In this document: positions 48,684-58,651 of the stretch, piece by piece
How positions within the stretch are numbered: the stretch's first letter is position 1
Layout: every line of letters starts with the position of its first letter
Source of the DNA: Candidatus Bathyarchaeia archaeon
Lineage (GTDB): Archaea; Thermoproteota; Bathyarchaeia; 40CM-2-53-6
Assembly: GCA_049513715.1 (NCBI GenBank)
Contig: JBEKVV010000002.1
Location: forward strand, 480,001 to 544,000
Length of the DNA stretch: 64,000 nucleotides
Direction: 5' to 3'
Notes under the pieces: model-generated
What the model saw: only the letters and a program-made list of their open reading frames with translations
What the model was told of the DNA's origin: nothing
Database searches by the model: none
Position numbers and translations under genes: made by a program

Positions 48684-48825
48684 ATTGAATCCGGGGAACT
48701 ATCGGTTCGCGGGTCAATTAGACTTTCCCAGCCATGAATGGGGGACCGGTTTTTGATATGTCGCATTTGGAGGCATAAAGCAAAAGCGGTGGCGGCGCAA
48801 TGGAGTGTTGTGCGTGTGATCTCTG

Positions 48826-49920
48826 ATGCTGATTCCACTGAGCAAACCGGACATCGGGAAGAGTGACGAACGGGCAATCCTGCGGATAATTGGGAAATGC
48901 ATCAGAACCGGCCGTTTATCCCGAGGCCCCACCGTTGCAGCCTTCGAGAAGCAATTCAGCGATTATTTGAGCGTTAAGCACTCGTTGGCAATCTCGAACG
49001 GGACCGCCGCACTGCACTTAGCGCTCTTGGCGCACGGAATCGGGCAAGGCGATGTGGTTCTAACGACACCGTTCACGTTCGTTTCTACATCAAATGCTGC
49101 CCTGTATGTAGGCGCGCGTCCCAAGTTTGTGGACATCAACCCAAAGACCTACAATATTGACCCTGCAAAATTGCAGGAAGTTATTGACTCAAAAACGAAG
49201 GCTTTGATTGTTGTGCACGTCTTTGGGCTGCCGTGCGATATGAAGCCGATAATGGAGATTTGCGAAGACCACCACGTCACTTTGATCGAGGACGCATGTG
49301 AGGCGCTGGGCGCCACATACGAGGGCCGTAAGGCTGGTTCTTTTGCAACCTCTTGCTTCAGTTTCTACCCTAACAAAGTGGTAACCACGGCTGAAGGAGG
49401 GATGCTTTGCACGGACGACGACCGAGTCATGCAAGTGGTCGACTCACTGAGGAATCAGGGGCGGAAAGGCGGAGAATGGCTTGAACACCAGTACGTTGGT
49501 TTCAATTACCGCATGAGCGACGTGCACGCCGCAATTGGGATTCCGCTAATGCGAAAAGTCGACCGGCTAAATGCCATTAGAGAGAAAAACGCCAAGCTCT
49601 ACTCGAACACCCTCAAGGAATACCCACAAGTCAAGATTCCACCGGACGTGGAGGGTAGGACTTGGTTCGTGTATGTGGTGGAGGTAGATGATAGGGATAG
49701 GATTGGGTCGGAGATGAACAAAGCTGGAATCGAATGCAAACCATACTTCCCACCAGTCCACCTACAAACACCATACCGACTAATGGGGTTCAAGGAAGGC
49801 GATTTCCCGGTTTGCGAAAATGTCGCCAAGAGAGTTCTAGCACTCCCCTTCTTCACATCAATAACTCCAAAACAGATCGGTCATGTGGCTAAAACTCTCG
49901 GAGAGTTGTCGAAAAGATAG
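48826..49920 (+). CDS. DegT/DnrJ/EryC1/StrS sugar aminotransferase
   Basis: SNGTAALH, EDACEALG, SFYPNK, EGG, GFNYRM. Confidence 0.93.
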   Translation: MLIPLSKPDIGKSDERAILRIIGKCIRTGRLSRGPTVAAFEKQFSDYLSVKHSLAISNGTAALHLALLAHGIGQGDVVLTTPFTFVSTSNAALYVGARPKFVDINPKTYNIDPAKLQEVIDSKTKALIVVHVFGLPCDMKPIMEICEDHHVTLIEDACEALGATYEGRKAGSFATSCFSFYPNKVVTTAEGGMLCTDDDRVMQVVDSLRNQGRKGGEWLEHQYVGFNYRMSDVHAAIGIPLMRKVDRLNAIREKNAKLYSNTLKEYPQVKIPPDVEGRTWFVYVVEVDDRDRIGSEMNKAGIECKPYFPPVHLQTPYRLMGFKEGDFPVCENVAKRVLALPFFTSITPKQIGHVAKTLGELSKR

Positions 49921-49966
49921 CGGTTTATTATTTGGGTTCGTGCACGGTCGCATTGGTGGGGTTGTC

Positions 49967-51289
49967 TTGTTGAAGGAACCAAGGAAGAGTCTTGAGATGC
50001 AGGAGAGGGCGCGCAGAAGGATTCCTGGCGGCACCCAACTTCTCTCGAAGCGCCCCGAGATGTTTGCGCCCGGGCAGTGGCCGGGGTATTACTCCCGCGC
50101 TAAGGGAGTCGAGGTCTGGGACCTGGATGGAAACAAGTACATTGATATGAGCATCAACGCGGCTGGCGCTTGCGTTCTTGGTTATGCGGATCGTGATGTT
50201 GATGCTGCTGTCCGGACTGCCATTGATGCTGGCACCAATTCCATTCTGAATTCCCCCGAGGAAGTTGAGCTCGCGGATCTGCTCTGTGAAATACACCCAT
50301 GGGCTCAGATGGTTCGTTACGCCCGGTCTGGCGGCGAGTCAATGACGATTGCTGTGAGGATCGCAAGAGCATACACGAAGAAGGACAAGGTGGCGTTCTG
50401 TGGGTACCACGGTTGGTTCGATTGGTACCTAGCTGCCAACCTCGCACGCGGTAACAACCTCGACGGCCACCTGCTCCCAGGACTGGACCCAGCAGGCGTC
50501 CCACGAGTGCTAGCGGGCACTGCGTTTCCCTTCCGGTACAACCACATTGAGGAATTGGAGGGAATTATCAAAGAGAACAAGGACGAAGTAGGAGTCGTTG
50601 TAATGGAGCCGATCCGAGACAGTTATCCCGAGAACGATTTCTTGAAGCGTGTTCACGAGGCCGCCGATGAAATTGGTGCTGTTCTCGTTTTCGATGAGGT
50701 CACTTCGGCTTTGCGCATGAACTCGGGAGGGATCCACCTAAGGCTTGGTGTGACTCCCGACATTGCTGTCTTCTCGAAGTCGTTGGGCAACGGCTACCCG
50801 ATTGGAGCCGTTGTCGGGAAGGAAGATGTGATGCAAGCCGCCCAATCCACATTCATCAGCAGCACGAATTGGACGGAGAAGATTGGGCCAGTAGCGGCGT
50901 TGGCTACGGTCAGAAAGCACAGGCGCGTCAACGCTGGCGCGCACCTCATCGCCCTTGGAACACGCATTCAAGAAGGATGGAAAAGTGCATGTGAGGAGGC
51001 AGGGCTCAAGATAACGGTCAACGGGATTCCACCTCTAAGCCATTTCGCGTTCGAAAATGAAAAAGCCCAAGCCATGATCACCCTCTTCACACAATTGATG
51101 TTGAAGAAAGGATACCTAGCGTCCGGGAAGTTCTACTCAATGTATGCACACAAGCTCTCGGATGTGGATGCTTACTTAGCAGCTACGAAAGACGTTTTCC
51201 ACTCCATCGCTGAAGCACTGAAGAAGGGAGATTTAGTGAAACAACTGAAAGGCCCGGTGGCCCACACTGGGTTCCACCGTTTGGCTTGA
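49967..51289 (+). CDS. Class III PLP aminotransferase (GSA-aminomutase-like, glycan cluster type)
   Basis: IPGGTQLLSKRP, DLDGNKYID, CGYHGW, FDEV, FSKSLGNG; start reassigned to TTG 49967. Confidence 0.88.
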   Translation: MLKEPRKSLEMQERARRRIPGGTQLLSKRPEMFAPGQWPGYYSRAKGVEVWDLDGNKYIDMSINAAGACVLGYADRDVDAAVRTAIDAGTNSILNSPEEVELADLLCEIHPWAQMVRYARSGGESMTIAVRIARAYTKKDKVAFCGYHGWFDWYLAANLARGNNLDGHLLPGLDPAGVPRVLAGTAFPFRYNHIEELEGIIKENKDEVGVVVMEPIRDSYPENDFLKRVHEAADEIGAVLVFDEVTSALRMNSGGIHLRLGVTPDIAVFSKSLGNGYPIGAVVGKEDVMQAAQSTFISSTNWTEKIGPVAALATVRKHRRVNAGAHLIALGTRIQEGWKSACEEAGLKITVNGIPPLSHFAFENEKAQAMITLFTQLMLKKGYLASGKFYSMYAHKLSDVDAYLAATKDVFHSIAEALKKGDLVKQLKGPVAHTGFHRLA

Positions 51290-51315
51290 AACAGCCATGC
51301 CCTGAGCCGTGCTTG

Positions 51316-52371
51316 ATGTTGGTTCAATTGGAAAATAACGTGATGATTGGGGGCAAGCGGGTAGGCGAATCTGTGCTCATCATAGCTGAGGCTGGTGTCA
51401 ACCATAACGGAAGCCTGAGGAGGGCTCTGAAAATGGTAGATGAGGCGGCAAAGGCTGGCGCCGATGCCATCAAGTTTCAGACGTTCGTCGCGGAAAGGGT
51501 GGTCGCAAAACAAGCTCCCAAAGCCAACTACCAGAAACGGCGCGGTCGCGGAAAAACGCAACTGGAAATGCTGAAACCCTTAGAATTATCGCGTCAGGAT
51601 TTCGTGGCAATTTCGGAGAGGGCAAGGAAGCGGGGAATCATGATGCTCTCCACCCCCTACGACGATGAGAGCGTGGACCTTCTGGAATCTCTTGCAGTTC
51701 CAGCTTACAAGGTGGCGTCCGGAGACCTCACCAACACTCCGTTGCTGGAACATATCGCTACGAAAGGCAAGCCCGTAATACTGTCCACAGGAATGGCGAC
51801 CTTAGAAGAAATAAAGGCGGCAGTTGCTACGATTAGGCACCAAGGGAACGACAAGATAGTTCTGCTTCATTGTGTTTCATCCTATCCGAGCAAAGTGGCA
51901 GAATGCAACTTGCGGGTGATGCAACTTCTTCGGGACAATTTCAAAGTCCCCGTTGGCTTCTCAGATCATACCATGGGCACAGAGGTTGCTTTGGCCGCCG
52001 CTGCGCTGGGTGCTGTGGTCATCGAGAAGCACTTCACACTATCCCGCAGATTAATCGGGCCAGATCACAGAGCGTCGTTAGAGGTTCGGCAATTTCGCGA
52101 GATGGTGAGGGGCATTAGGTTGGTTGAGGAGGCCTTGGGTGGCCCAGTGAAAGTACCGACAAAGGAGGAGCTCACCATGCGTTTAGTTGCACGCCGCAGT
52201 TTGGTTGCCGCAGTGGAGATACCAAAAGATCATGTAATCGCGAGAGAGATGATTGCGATAAAGAGGCCGGGCACAGGAATCTCTCCATCAGAAATCCAGA
52301 AGGTTCTAGGGAAGATTGCGAGACGGGCAATTAAGCGGGATGAAGTCTTGACTTGGCATATGGTCGAATAG
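51316..52371 (+). CDS. neuB: Nonulosonic acid synthase (NeuB/LegI family) with SAF domain
   Basis: IAEAGVNHNG, KFQT, STPYD, LSTGM, LHCVSSYP, GFSDH, IEKHFT, KRPGTG. Confidence 0.95.
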   Translation: MLVQLENNVMIGGKRVGESVLIIAEAGVNHNGSLRRALKMVDEAAKAGADAIKFQTFVAERVVAKQAPKANYQKRRGRGKTQLEMLKPLELSRQDFVAISERARKRGIMMLSTPYDDESVDLLESLAVPAYKVASGDLTNTPLLEHIATKGKPVILSTGMATLEEIKAAVATIRHQGNDKIVLLHCVSSYPSKVAECNLRVMQLLRDNFKVPVGFSDHTMGTEVALAAAALGAVVIEKHFTLSRRLIGPDHRASLEVRQFREMVRGIRLVEEALGGPVKVPTKEELTMRLVARRSLVAAVEIPKDHVIAREMIAIKRPGTGISPSEIQKVLGKIARRAIKRDEVLTWHMVE

Positions 52372-52474
52372 GAAAGTGTGTGGTCTCGGAGACCGGGGCT
52401 GGACTGCTGCAGATGGGTTATATTGTGATTGGGGTATTCAGCAGTGAATTGCGGATTCGTTCGGTGAATACGAA

Positions 52475-53020
52475 TTGAGAAAACGAAGAGCAGCGGTGGG
52501 TAAGCCGGGTTCGATATACGCGACCGCTAAGATTACACCGCAAACGGAAGTTGAGTTGAGTGAAGATGCTTGGATCGGCGATTTTGCATTTGTGAACTTG
52601 GCGAAGTTGACGCTCGGTAAGGGCAGTCAGGTGAATACATTCGCGAGCCTTACGGGTGGAGGAGAAGTGAAGATTGGTGATTACAGCGTGATCGGGTACG
52701 GGGTACGAGTGATAACCGGAACGGATACCCCAGAGGGGAAGTATATGGCGGATAGGGCGCCATCACACGAGCGAAGTGTAGTTCGGGGAGCGGTTGAAAT
52801 TGGGAACAATTGCTTCATCGGAGCAAATTCCGTGATATGTGTCTCTCACATGAACCCAAGAATAGAGATTGGGGATGGCGCCGTCATTGGAGCCCTCAGC
52901 TACGTGGACAGGAGCGTCCCAGCTCAGACCATCGGGTGGGGAACCCCGTTTGAAGCAAAAAAGGTACGAAGGATCTCTAGCTCAGAAACGGGAACTGTGT
53001 CGGAAGGGCGAAACGTGTGA
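52475..53020 (+). CDS. Hexapeptide-repeat acyltransferase
   Basis: Left-handed beta-helix repeats (IGDYSVIG, IGNNCFIG, IGDGAVIG). Confidence 0.85.
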   Translation: MRKRRAAVGKPGSIYATAKITPQTEVELSEDAWIGDFAFVNLAKLTLGKGSQVNTFASLTGGGEVKIGDYSVIGYGVRVITGTDTPEGKYMADRAPSHERSVVRGAVEIGNNCFIGANSVICVSHMNPRIEIGDGAVIGALSYVDRSVPAQTIGWGTPFEAKKVRRISSSETGTVSEGRNV

Positions 53021-53781
53021 AACGGGGCCTATTCTTAACCGTTAGGACTGGCTCAACAAGGCTTCCGGGTAAGGCACTTCTCAAGTTAGACGGCGAGACA
53101 ATCGTTGAATTCATGATCGATCGCCTCAAACGTGCCAGAGTTTCTCAGACGTTCGTGCTCTGTACCACAGATCAGCCTGAAGATGATGTTCTTGAGGACA
53201 TAGCTAAGCAGAAGGGCATTCTTGCTTTTCGTGGCAGTTCGAGCGACATCCTCTCTAGGCAACTTGGTGCAGCACACACCTATGGTTTGGATTTTTTCGT
53301 CAATGTGGAAGGAGACGATGTGTTCTGTGACCCTGAACTGGCTGACCGAACAGTGCAGCATTTCAACCAAGCAGGCGCCGATTTCATACGCTGGTCCGGG
53401 TTGCCTCTCGGCGCTTCACCAGTTGGCATTAGCACTCGAGCGCTGGCCAAGGTCTGTGAGTTGAAGGAGACCAACAACACTGAAACCGGTTGGGGATATT
53501 TCTTCACGGAAAGTGGATTGTTCAAGCTTGAGATCATTGATGAACAAGACCCCGAACTCCGGCATCCTGAAATGCGCATGACGATGGACTACCCTGAGGA
53601 CTATGCCTTCGTGAAGGAAGTGTACAAGAGACTAAGTGGACGTGACTTCACGCTCCGAGACATTATGAACTTAGTCAAGAGTGATCCCACCATAACTGAA
53701 CTTAACGCGCATCTTAAGGAACAATACTTCAGAGAGTTCAATCAGAAGAAGGCAAAGGTCAGCCTTAAGAAGCCCAGCTAA
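53017..53781 (+). CDS. Cytidylyltransferase (SpsF/NeuA/KdsB family)
   Basis: RTGSTRLPGK, EGDD, RMTMDYPED. Confidence 0.9.
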   Translation: MKRGLFLTVRTGSTRLPGKALLKLDGETIVEFMIDRLKRARVSQTFVLCTTDQPEDDVLEDIAKQKGILAFRGSSSDILSRQLGAAHTYGLDFFVNVEGDDVFCDPELADRTVQHFNQAGADFIRWSGLPLGASPVGISTRALAKVCELKETNNTETGWGYFFTESGLFKLEIIDEQDPELRHPEMRMTMDYPEDYAFVKEVYKRLSGRDFTLRDIMNLVKSDPTITELNAHLKEQYFREFNQKKAKVSLKKPS

Positions 53782-53813
53782 CTGGCAGCTGAACACGAAA
53801 CAGGAGAACGAAA

Positions 53814-54815
53814 ATGAGGTTTGTCATCATAGGGCTCGGGTCAATGGGCAAGAGACGAATACGAAACCTTCAGGCGCTTAAACATAAACAAATAGTTGGA
53901 TTCGACATACAGCCGGAACGGCGCCGAGAAGCAGAGGAAAAGTACGGTATCAAAACCTCTCCCACTTTCGAAGAAGCCCTTTCGCAACGACCGGACGCAG
54001 TCATCGTGTCAACACCTCCAAACCTGCACATTCGCTACGCGATGGAGGCTGCACGTCGAAACATCAACTTCTTCCTCGAAGCCAGCGTTCTGATCGACGG
54101 CATGGATGAGCTTATCGCAGAATGCAAAGGGAAGAATATCATTGCCGCCGCGTCTTCTACCATGAGATTTCATCCTTCCATACAGACGATGAAACGCCTT
54201 GTGGACGAAAATGCGATCGGCAAGATTCTTGCTTTCAACTACCACTCCGGGCAGTACCTACCAGATTGGCACCCGTACGAGGATTACCGCAAGTACTATG
54301 TTTCTAGGAAGGAGACAGGCGGATGCAGAGAGATAGTGCCCTTCGAGCTTTCGTGGGTCACTTGGTTGCTAGGGCCAGTAAAGAAGCTCTCATGCATGAT
54401 GGGAAAACTCTCAAGAATCGAAGCAGACATCGACGACATATACCAAATGCTCCTTCAATTCAAGAATGGCGCCATCGGCAGTATGCAGGTCGACGTTATC
54501 TCACGATTACCCTTCAGGTTTTTCAGAATGATAAGTGATGAAGGTGTAATTACTTGGGATAAGAACCTGCGACTCGTGACTGTTTACAAGGCGTCAACAA
54601 AGAAGACCGAGGAATATCCCGAAGAGGAGGGTGTCGTTGTGGAGGGGTACTTCATGGAGGACAATATGTACATCAAGGAAATGCAGCACTTTATTGAAGC
54701 AGTCGAAGGGAAACACGAATACATGTATTCCTTGGAGGATGACCACAGAATACTCAAGTTGCTCTATGGAGCCGAAACTAGCTCTGACAGCGGAGTCACT
54801 GTTGAGACGAATTAG
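53814..54815 (+). CDS. Gfo/Idh/MocA oxidoreductase
   Basis: IIGLGSMG, STPPNLH, YLPDWHPYEDY. Confidence 0.88.
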   Translation: MRFVIIGLGSMGKRRIRNLQALKHKQIVGFDIQPERRREAEEKYGIKTSPTFEEALSQRPDAVIVSTPPNLHIRYAMEAARRNINFFLEASVLIDGMDELIAECKGKNIIAAASSTMRFHPSIQTMKRLVDENAIGKILAFNYHSGQYLPDWHPYEDYRKYYVSRKETGGCREIVPFELSWVTWLLGPVKKLSCMMGKLSRIEADIDDIYQMLLQFKNGAIGSMQVDVISRLPFRFFRMISDEGVITWDKNLRLVTVYKASTKKTEEYPEEEGVVVEGYFMEDNMYIKEMQHFIEAVEGKHEYMYSLEDDHRILKLLYGAETSSDSGVTVETN

Positions 54816-54925
54816 GTGGGACGGCGAACGAAAATGGGTCTTGTAAGCACGGCTAAAATAGTTGTACGACTCCTGCGTTGGGCTATTAACGTAACATTGA
54901 TCTCTCACTGAGAATGGTTTGACTC

Positions 54926-55945
54926 GTGTTGTCATCAACTTTCTCCGGGAAAAGAATTCTAGTGGTCGGTGGGACAGGCTCAATAGGCGGCGCTCTTGTC
55001 CGAGACTTGCTGAAACACAACGTTGCTGTGATTCGGGTGCTAAGCAACGATGAGAACGGCCTGTTCGAAATGCAGCAGGAGTTGGGCGAAAGGCCCGACC
55101 TCAGGTTTCTGTTGGGAGACGTGAGAGATAGGGAGAGACTAGCACTTGCCCTGAGGGACATAGACATAGTTTTTCACGCAGCAGCACTCAAACACGTGCC
55201 GATTTCAGAATACAACCCGTTCGAGGTAGTTCAGACGAACGTGATTGGAACTCAGAATCTTCTGGAGGCGTCGGTTCGGGGGGGCGTTGAGAAATTTGTT
55301 TTTATCAGTACTGACAAAGCAGTGAACCCCGTCAGCACGCTTGGCGCCTCGAAGCTTCTCTGCGAGAAGCTTGTGCTTGATGCCGCCTCGTACAGGGGGC
55401 CGAAACTCACGGCCTTCAGTTGCGTGCGTTTCGGCAATGTGCTGGGCACTAGAGGCTCCGTGACCAACACCTTTCTTTCGCAGATCATGAAAGGCGGTCC
55501 AGTAACTATCACTCGAGAGGATATGACACGGTTTGTCATTCTTCCGGAAGAAGCTGTTCAACTTCTCCTCAGAACGGCTGAGACTGCCCGCGGAGGCGAG
55601 ATTTTCGTTATGAAAATGGACGGCGCACGCATAGTGGACTTAGCACACGCAATGATTGATGAGTTAGGACCCCGATACGGCTTCAAGCCGGAGAATATCC
55701 GCATAGAGCAGATTGGGATGAGAGCTGGCGAGAAGTCGTATGAGGAGTTGATGACCGAGGAGGAGGCGATTCGTAGCTTCGAGTTCGGCAAACTCTACGT
55801 GATTGTTCCATGGAATCAAGCGACCCAAGGGTATTCGGGTTTCAAGCCAGCGAAGATAAGTAAGTACACCTCGAAGGACGTAAAACTCTTGAATGTTGAT
55901 GAACTCAGACAACTCTGCAGAAAAATACCAACCGTGACTGGTTAG
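54926..55945 (+). CDS. NDP-GlcNAc 4,6-dehydratase (PseB/CapD-like polysaccharide biosynthesis protein)
   Basis: GGTGSIG, HAAALKHV, STDKAV, RFGNV, MTRF, GEKSYE. Confidence 0.92.
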   Translation: MLSSTFSGKRILVVGGTGSIGGALVRDLLKHNVAVIRVLSNDENGLFEMQQELGERPDLRFLLGDVRDRERLALALRDIDIVFHAAALKHVPISEYNPFEVVQTNVIGTQNLLEASVRGGVEKFVFISTDKAVNPVSTLGASKLLCEKLVLDAASYRGPKLTAFSCVRFGNVLGTRGSVTNTFLSQIMKGGPVTITREDMTRFVILPEEAVQLLLRTAETARGGEIFVMKMDGARIVDLAHAMIDELGPRYGFKPENIRIEQIGMRAGEKSYEELMTEEEAIRSFEFGKLYVIVPWNQATQGYSGFKPAKISKYTSKDVKLLNVDELRQLCRKIPTVTG

Positions 55946-56022
55946 AAAGCAAGCGGCCAGGGGTTCACTAGAGTTCGAATGCACGCTCGAATTCGCACAC
56001 AGTTCGGGCTGAGGTTTCTGGG

Positions 56023-57906
56023 TTGACTAAACTAGTCTTCGCTCCTGAAAAGGCAAAAATCCCTGAATCATTGAAGGGCGCCGAAGTCATAACACAAGAT
56101 CAGCTGAGGGCATATACGCCGGCTGGTTCGGTCCGACGCGCGCTTGAATGGGTTCACAAAGTTGCTGAGGCGCCTGTCGACGGGTCGAGCCTTCTGGATT
56201 TGATGTGGTATGATGATGTGTCACTATGGTGGTTTGCCAATACTCTTCTTTTTTCCTCGGCTAGGGGTGCCGTACTTACGATCGAGCAAGTCGAAGGCGT
56301 CTTACGAGAAAAAACCCCCGACGAGGTCATTATCAAGGGGCTCGGGGAGACTGAGGGAATCATTGCCCAAGTCTGCCAGCGGAACGCCGTCAAATACACA
56401 CATCCAAGGAAATGGTTCAGCACAGAAACATACGCGGACAATTTCAAGATAGCTGCAGGGCGTCTTCTCATCAGGATGAAAGAGTATAGGAGAAGGCGAC
56501 TCTTCAAGGCTCAACGCAAAGCCACCTCAAAGACACCGCGCGTTCTCTTCCTTTCACCATCAATCAACTGGAGACCAGTCTGGAACTACGACTCGAGTAG
56601 TTGGGAAAGAAGAGATGTCTTCATGGGCCGCGTCATGGATGTGGCAAGCAAGCTAGGCCATGAATTGATTTGTGTCGACGTGGATTATTCACTCGACGGA
56701 AGAGTAGCCGTTCTGCGCGAGAAATTAGGAAGTGAGTCGCGGTGGGTTCCTTTCGAGCAATACCTTGACAGAATAGCTCTAGCCGAGCTGAAGGGGAACC
56801 CAGATTTTCGCAAATTGGCCAGAGTTTTCCAGACAGTCTCCCAAAGCCCAGCGTTCAAAGATGGCTTGCAGTATCACTCGATTCGCCTCTGGGATTTTCT
56901 TGAAAGCAGGTTCCGGCGCCTCTTCTCCGATATCCATCTGCTGAACTACGCGAAGATACTAGAGGGTGCGCGGCGAATGGTTCAAGTCGAAAGGCCCGAC
57001 GCCCTCGTAATGACCTACGAAACTGGTGCGTATGCGAGGGCTTCAATCGTAGCCGCGCAGGAAATGGGTATTCCATCATTAGGTATCCAACATGGCTTCT
57101 TTACGGACGAGAGCGCCGAATACATGCACACTGGGACCGCGCTCACAAGGTCCGAGAGTGGTTGCCCAATCCCGACACGAACAGCGGTTGGCGGAACATA
57201 CGCAAAGGACCTACTGACCAGAGTGAGCACTTACCCTGAATCAAGCGTGGTGGTGACCGGCCATCCAAAACACGACGACCTAGTCGATCTGATGAAACAT
57301 GAGTCAGCACTCAGTAGGGGACAGATGCTCAGTGCTGTGGGCCTCGCCTCCTCGAACAAGACAATCATCGTGGCCTCGGGAGGATTCCACCTGAAATACG
57401 GATGGGTCCAGGAGTACGACAAGTACCTTCTTGAAACTACGTTAGACGTTGCTTTGAAGCGCAATGACACCCAGCTGTTGCTTAGACTCCACCCCATGGA
57501 GGACGGTGAGATGCAACGCAAAGCAGTAGAGGGGCGAAAGGGGGTTCAATGGGCGATGGTGAAAGGTGAAAGAAACGACCTGTTGTGGGCGAGTGATTTG
57601 TTTGTTACGTTGAATTCTGCGACGGCCCTCGACGCTCTCATTCTGAAGAAACCTGTGCTGATGTTTGAAGCCCGTCAAGGGGAAGTTCCGATGGTAGATA
57701 TGGGAAATGCTGTCAGTAGGTACACTCTGAAAAATCTAGGTGAAAAGCTCGAAGCGGTGCTCAATGATTTGCCTGCTGCGATGGTAGAGAGATCAATCGT
57801 GCAGGCTGAGATTCAGAGGCACGCGAATTCGGTTGATGGTAGCGCAAGCGCCCGAGTTGCTAAGCTGCTGGATGAGCTGGCGCGGAACCACGGGAGCCGC
57901 TTATAG
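56023..57906 (+). CDS. GT-B surface carbohydrate transferase, probable nonulosonate transferase
   Basis: IQHG, TGHPKHD, RLHP, NSATALDA, DGSASARV; position in the NulO cluster. Confidence 0.7.
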   Translation: MTKLVFAPEKAKIPESLKGAEVITQDQLRAYTPAGSVRRALEWVHKVAEAPVDGSSLLDLMWYDDVSLWWFANTLLFSSARGAVLTIEQVEGVLREKTPDEVIIKGLGETEGIIAQVCQRNAVKYTHPRKWFSTETYADNFKIAAGRLLIRMKEYRRRRLFKAQRKATSKTPRVLFLSPSINWRPVWNYDSSSWERRDVFMGRVMDVASKLGHELICVDVDYSLDGRVAVLREKLGSESRWVPFEQYLDRIALAELKGNPDFRKLARVFQTVSQSPAFKDGLQYHSIRLWDFLESRFRRLFSDIHLLNYAKILEGARRMVQVERPDALVMTYETGAYARASIVAAQEMGIPSLGIQHGFFTDESAEYMHTGTALTRSESGCPIPTRTAVGGTYAKDLLTRVSTYPESSVVVTGHPKHDDLVDLMKHESALSRGQMLSAVGLASSNKTIIVASGGFHLKYGWVQEYDKYLLETTLDVALKRNDTQLLLRLHPMEDGEMQRKAVEGRKGVQWAMVKGERNDLLWASDLFVTLNSATALDALILKKPVLMFEARQGEVPMVDMGNAVSRYTLKNLGEKLEAVLNDLPAAMVERSIVQAEIQRHANSVDGSASARVAKLLDELARNHGSRL

Positions 57907-57913
57907 ATAGTCG

Positions 57914-58415
57914 TTACATGCCTTTTCTTCTTGGAGATCCTACGAAGCCACCCTGCACCAGCGTGGTCAGCTTCTTCTCCAAGTCATCCAGCTGCGCGAT
58001 TTCCGATTCTGTCAAAAGGCGATTCGTTTCGGCAAGCTTCCGGATTAACCTCAACTGTAAGAGCGTGACAGGTGTGGTGACTTCTATTGAAATGCCCGGC
58101 GCGAGCTTGTATGAGTAGGGATTTCCTTCCACTGCTATGTCGGCTTCGCTGCTGAACAGGCCGCTGCGCTTGTAGTGAACCCAGCCGATTATCATGGACG
58201 ATGGGCCACCTATTATGGTGGCCAAAAGGGCGAATGGTACGAATTTGGGAAAGATGACCAGCAGGTCTGGTATGTTTCTTTATTGCCAGATAGTACACTG
58301 TAATGAGCGTTGAGACGTAACCGAGGATGAAAGTTAGGTAGGTCGCGTAACCCAGCCTGAAATAGAACCATCCGCGATAAATGCCCTTCGGGCTAATGAA
58401 ACTTAGCAATCTCAA
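57914..58415 (-). pseudogene. Frameshifted hypothetical membrane protein (one extra A near 58276)
   Basis: First frame ...WFYFRLGYATY...YYLAIK joins second frame NIPDLLVIFP...GWVHYKRS..EADI..NPY if one A is removed from AAGAAAC. Confidence 0.7.
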
Positions 58416-58651
58416 TTTCCAGCACAGCCGAGTTCGACCTGCTGCTGCGGTAGACAAGCTATTGTTCGCCTCATAGCATACAAATGAACCCTAGGTGGGG
58501 TACAGACAGAGTTCAATCATTGCTCGATTTCGTTGAGCAAGTCTCCTCTCGTTTGGAAGGCACGTTTGAACTGGCTTCATTCTGGAAGGTTGAGCGCGTA
58601 AGGTTATCTGATTGAAGCCTGACTATCTCGCCGGAGAAAGGGCGCGGACTT

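Noticed and set aside
49967..51289. hemL (glutamate-1-semialdehyde aminomutase)
   Set aside because: Embedded in a sugar cluster with no tetrapyrrole genes; its N-terminus fits glycan-cluster homologs
58261..58290. Programmed ribosomal frameshift
   Set aside because: It would need a +1 shift, and no canonical slippery heptamer or stimulatory structure was seen
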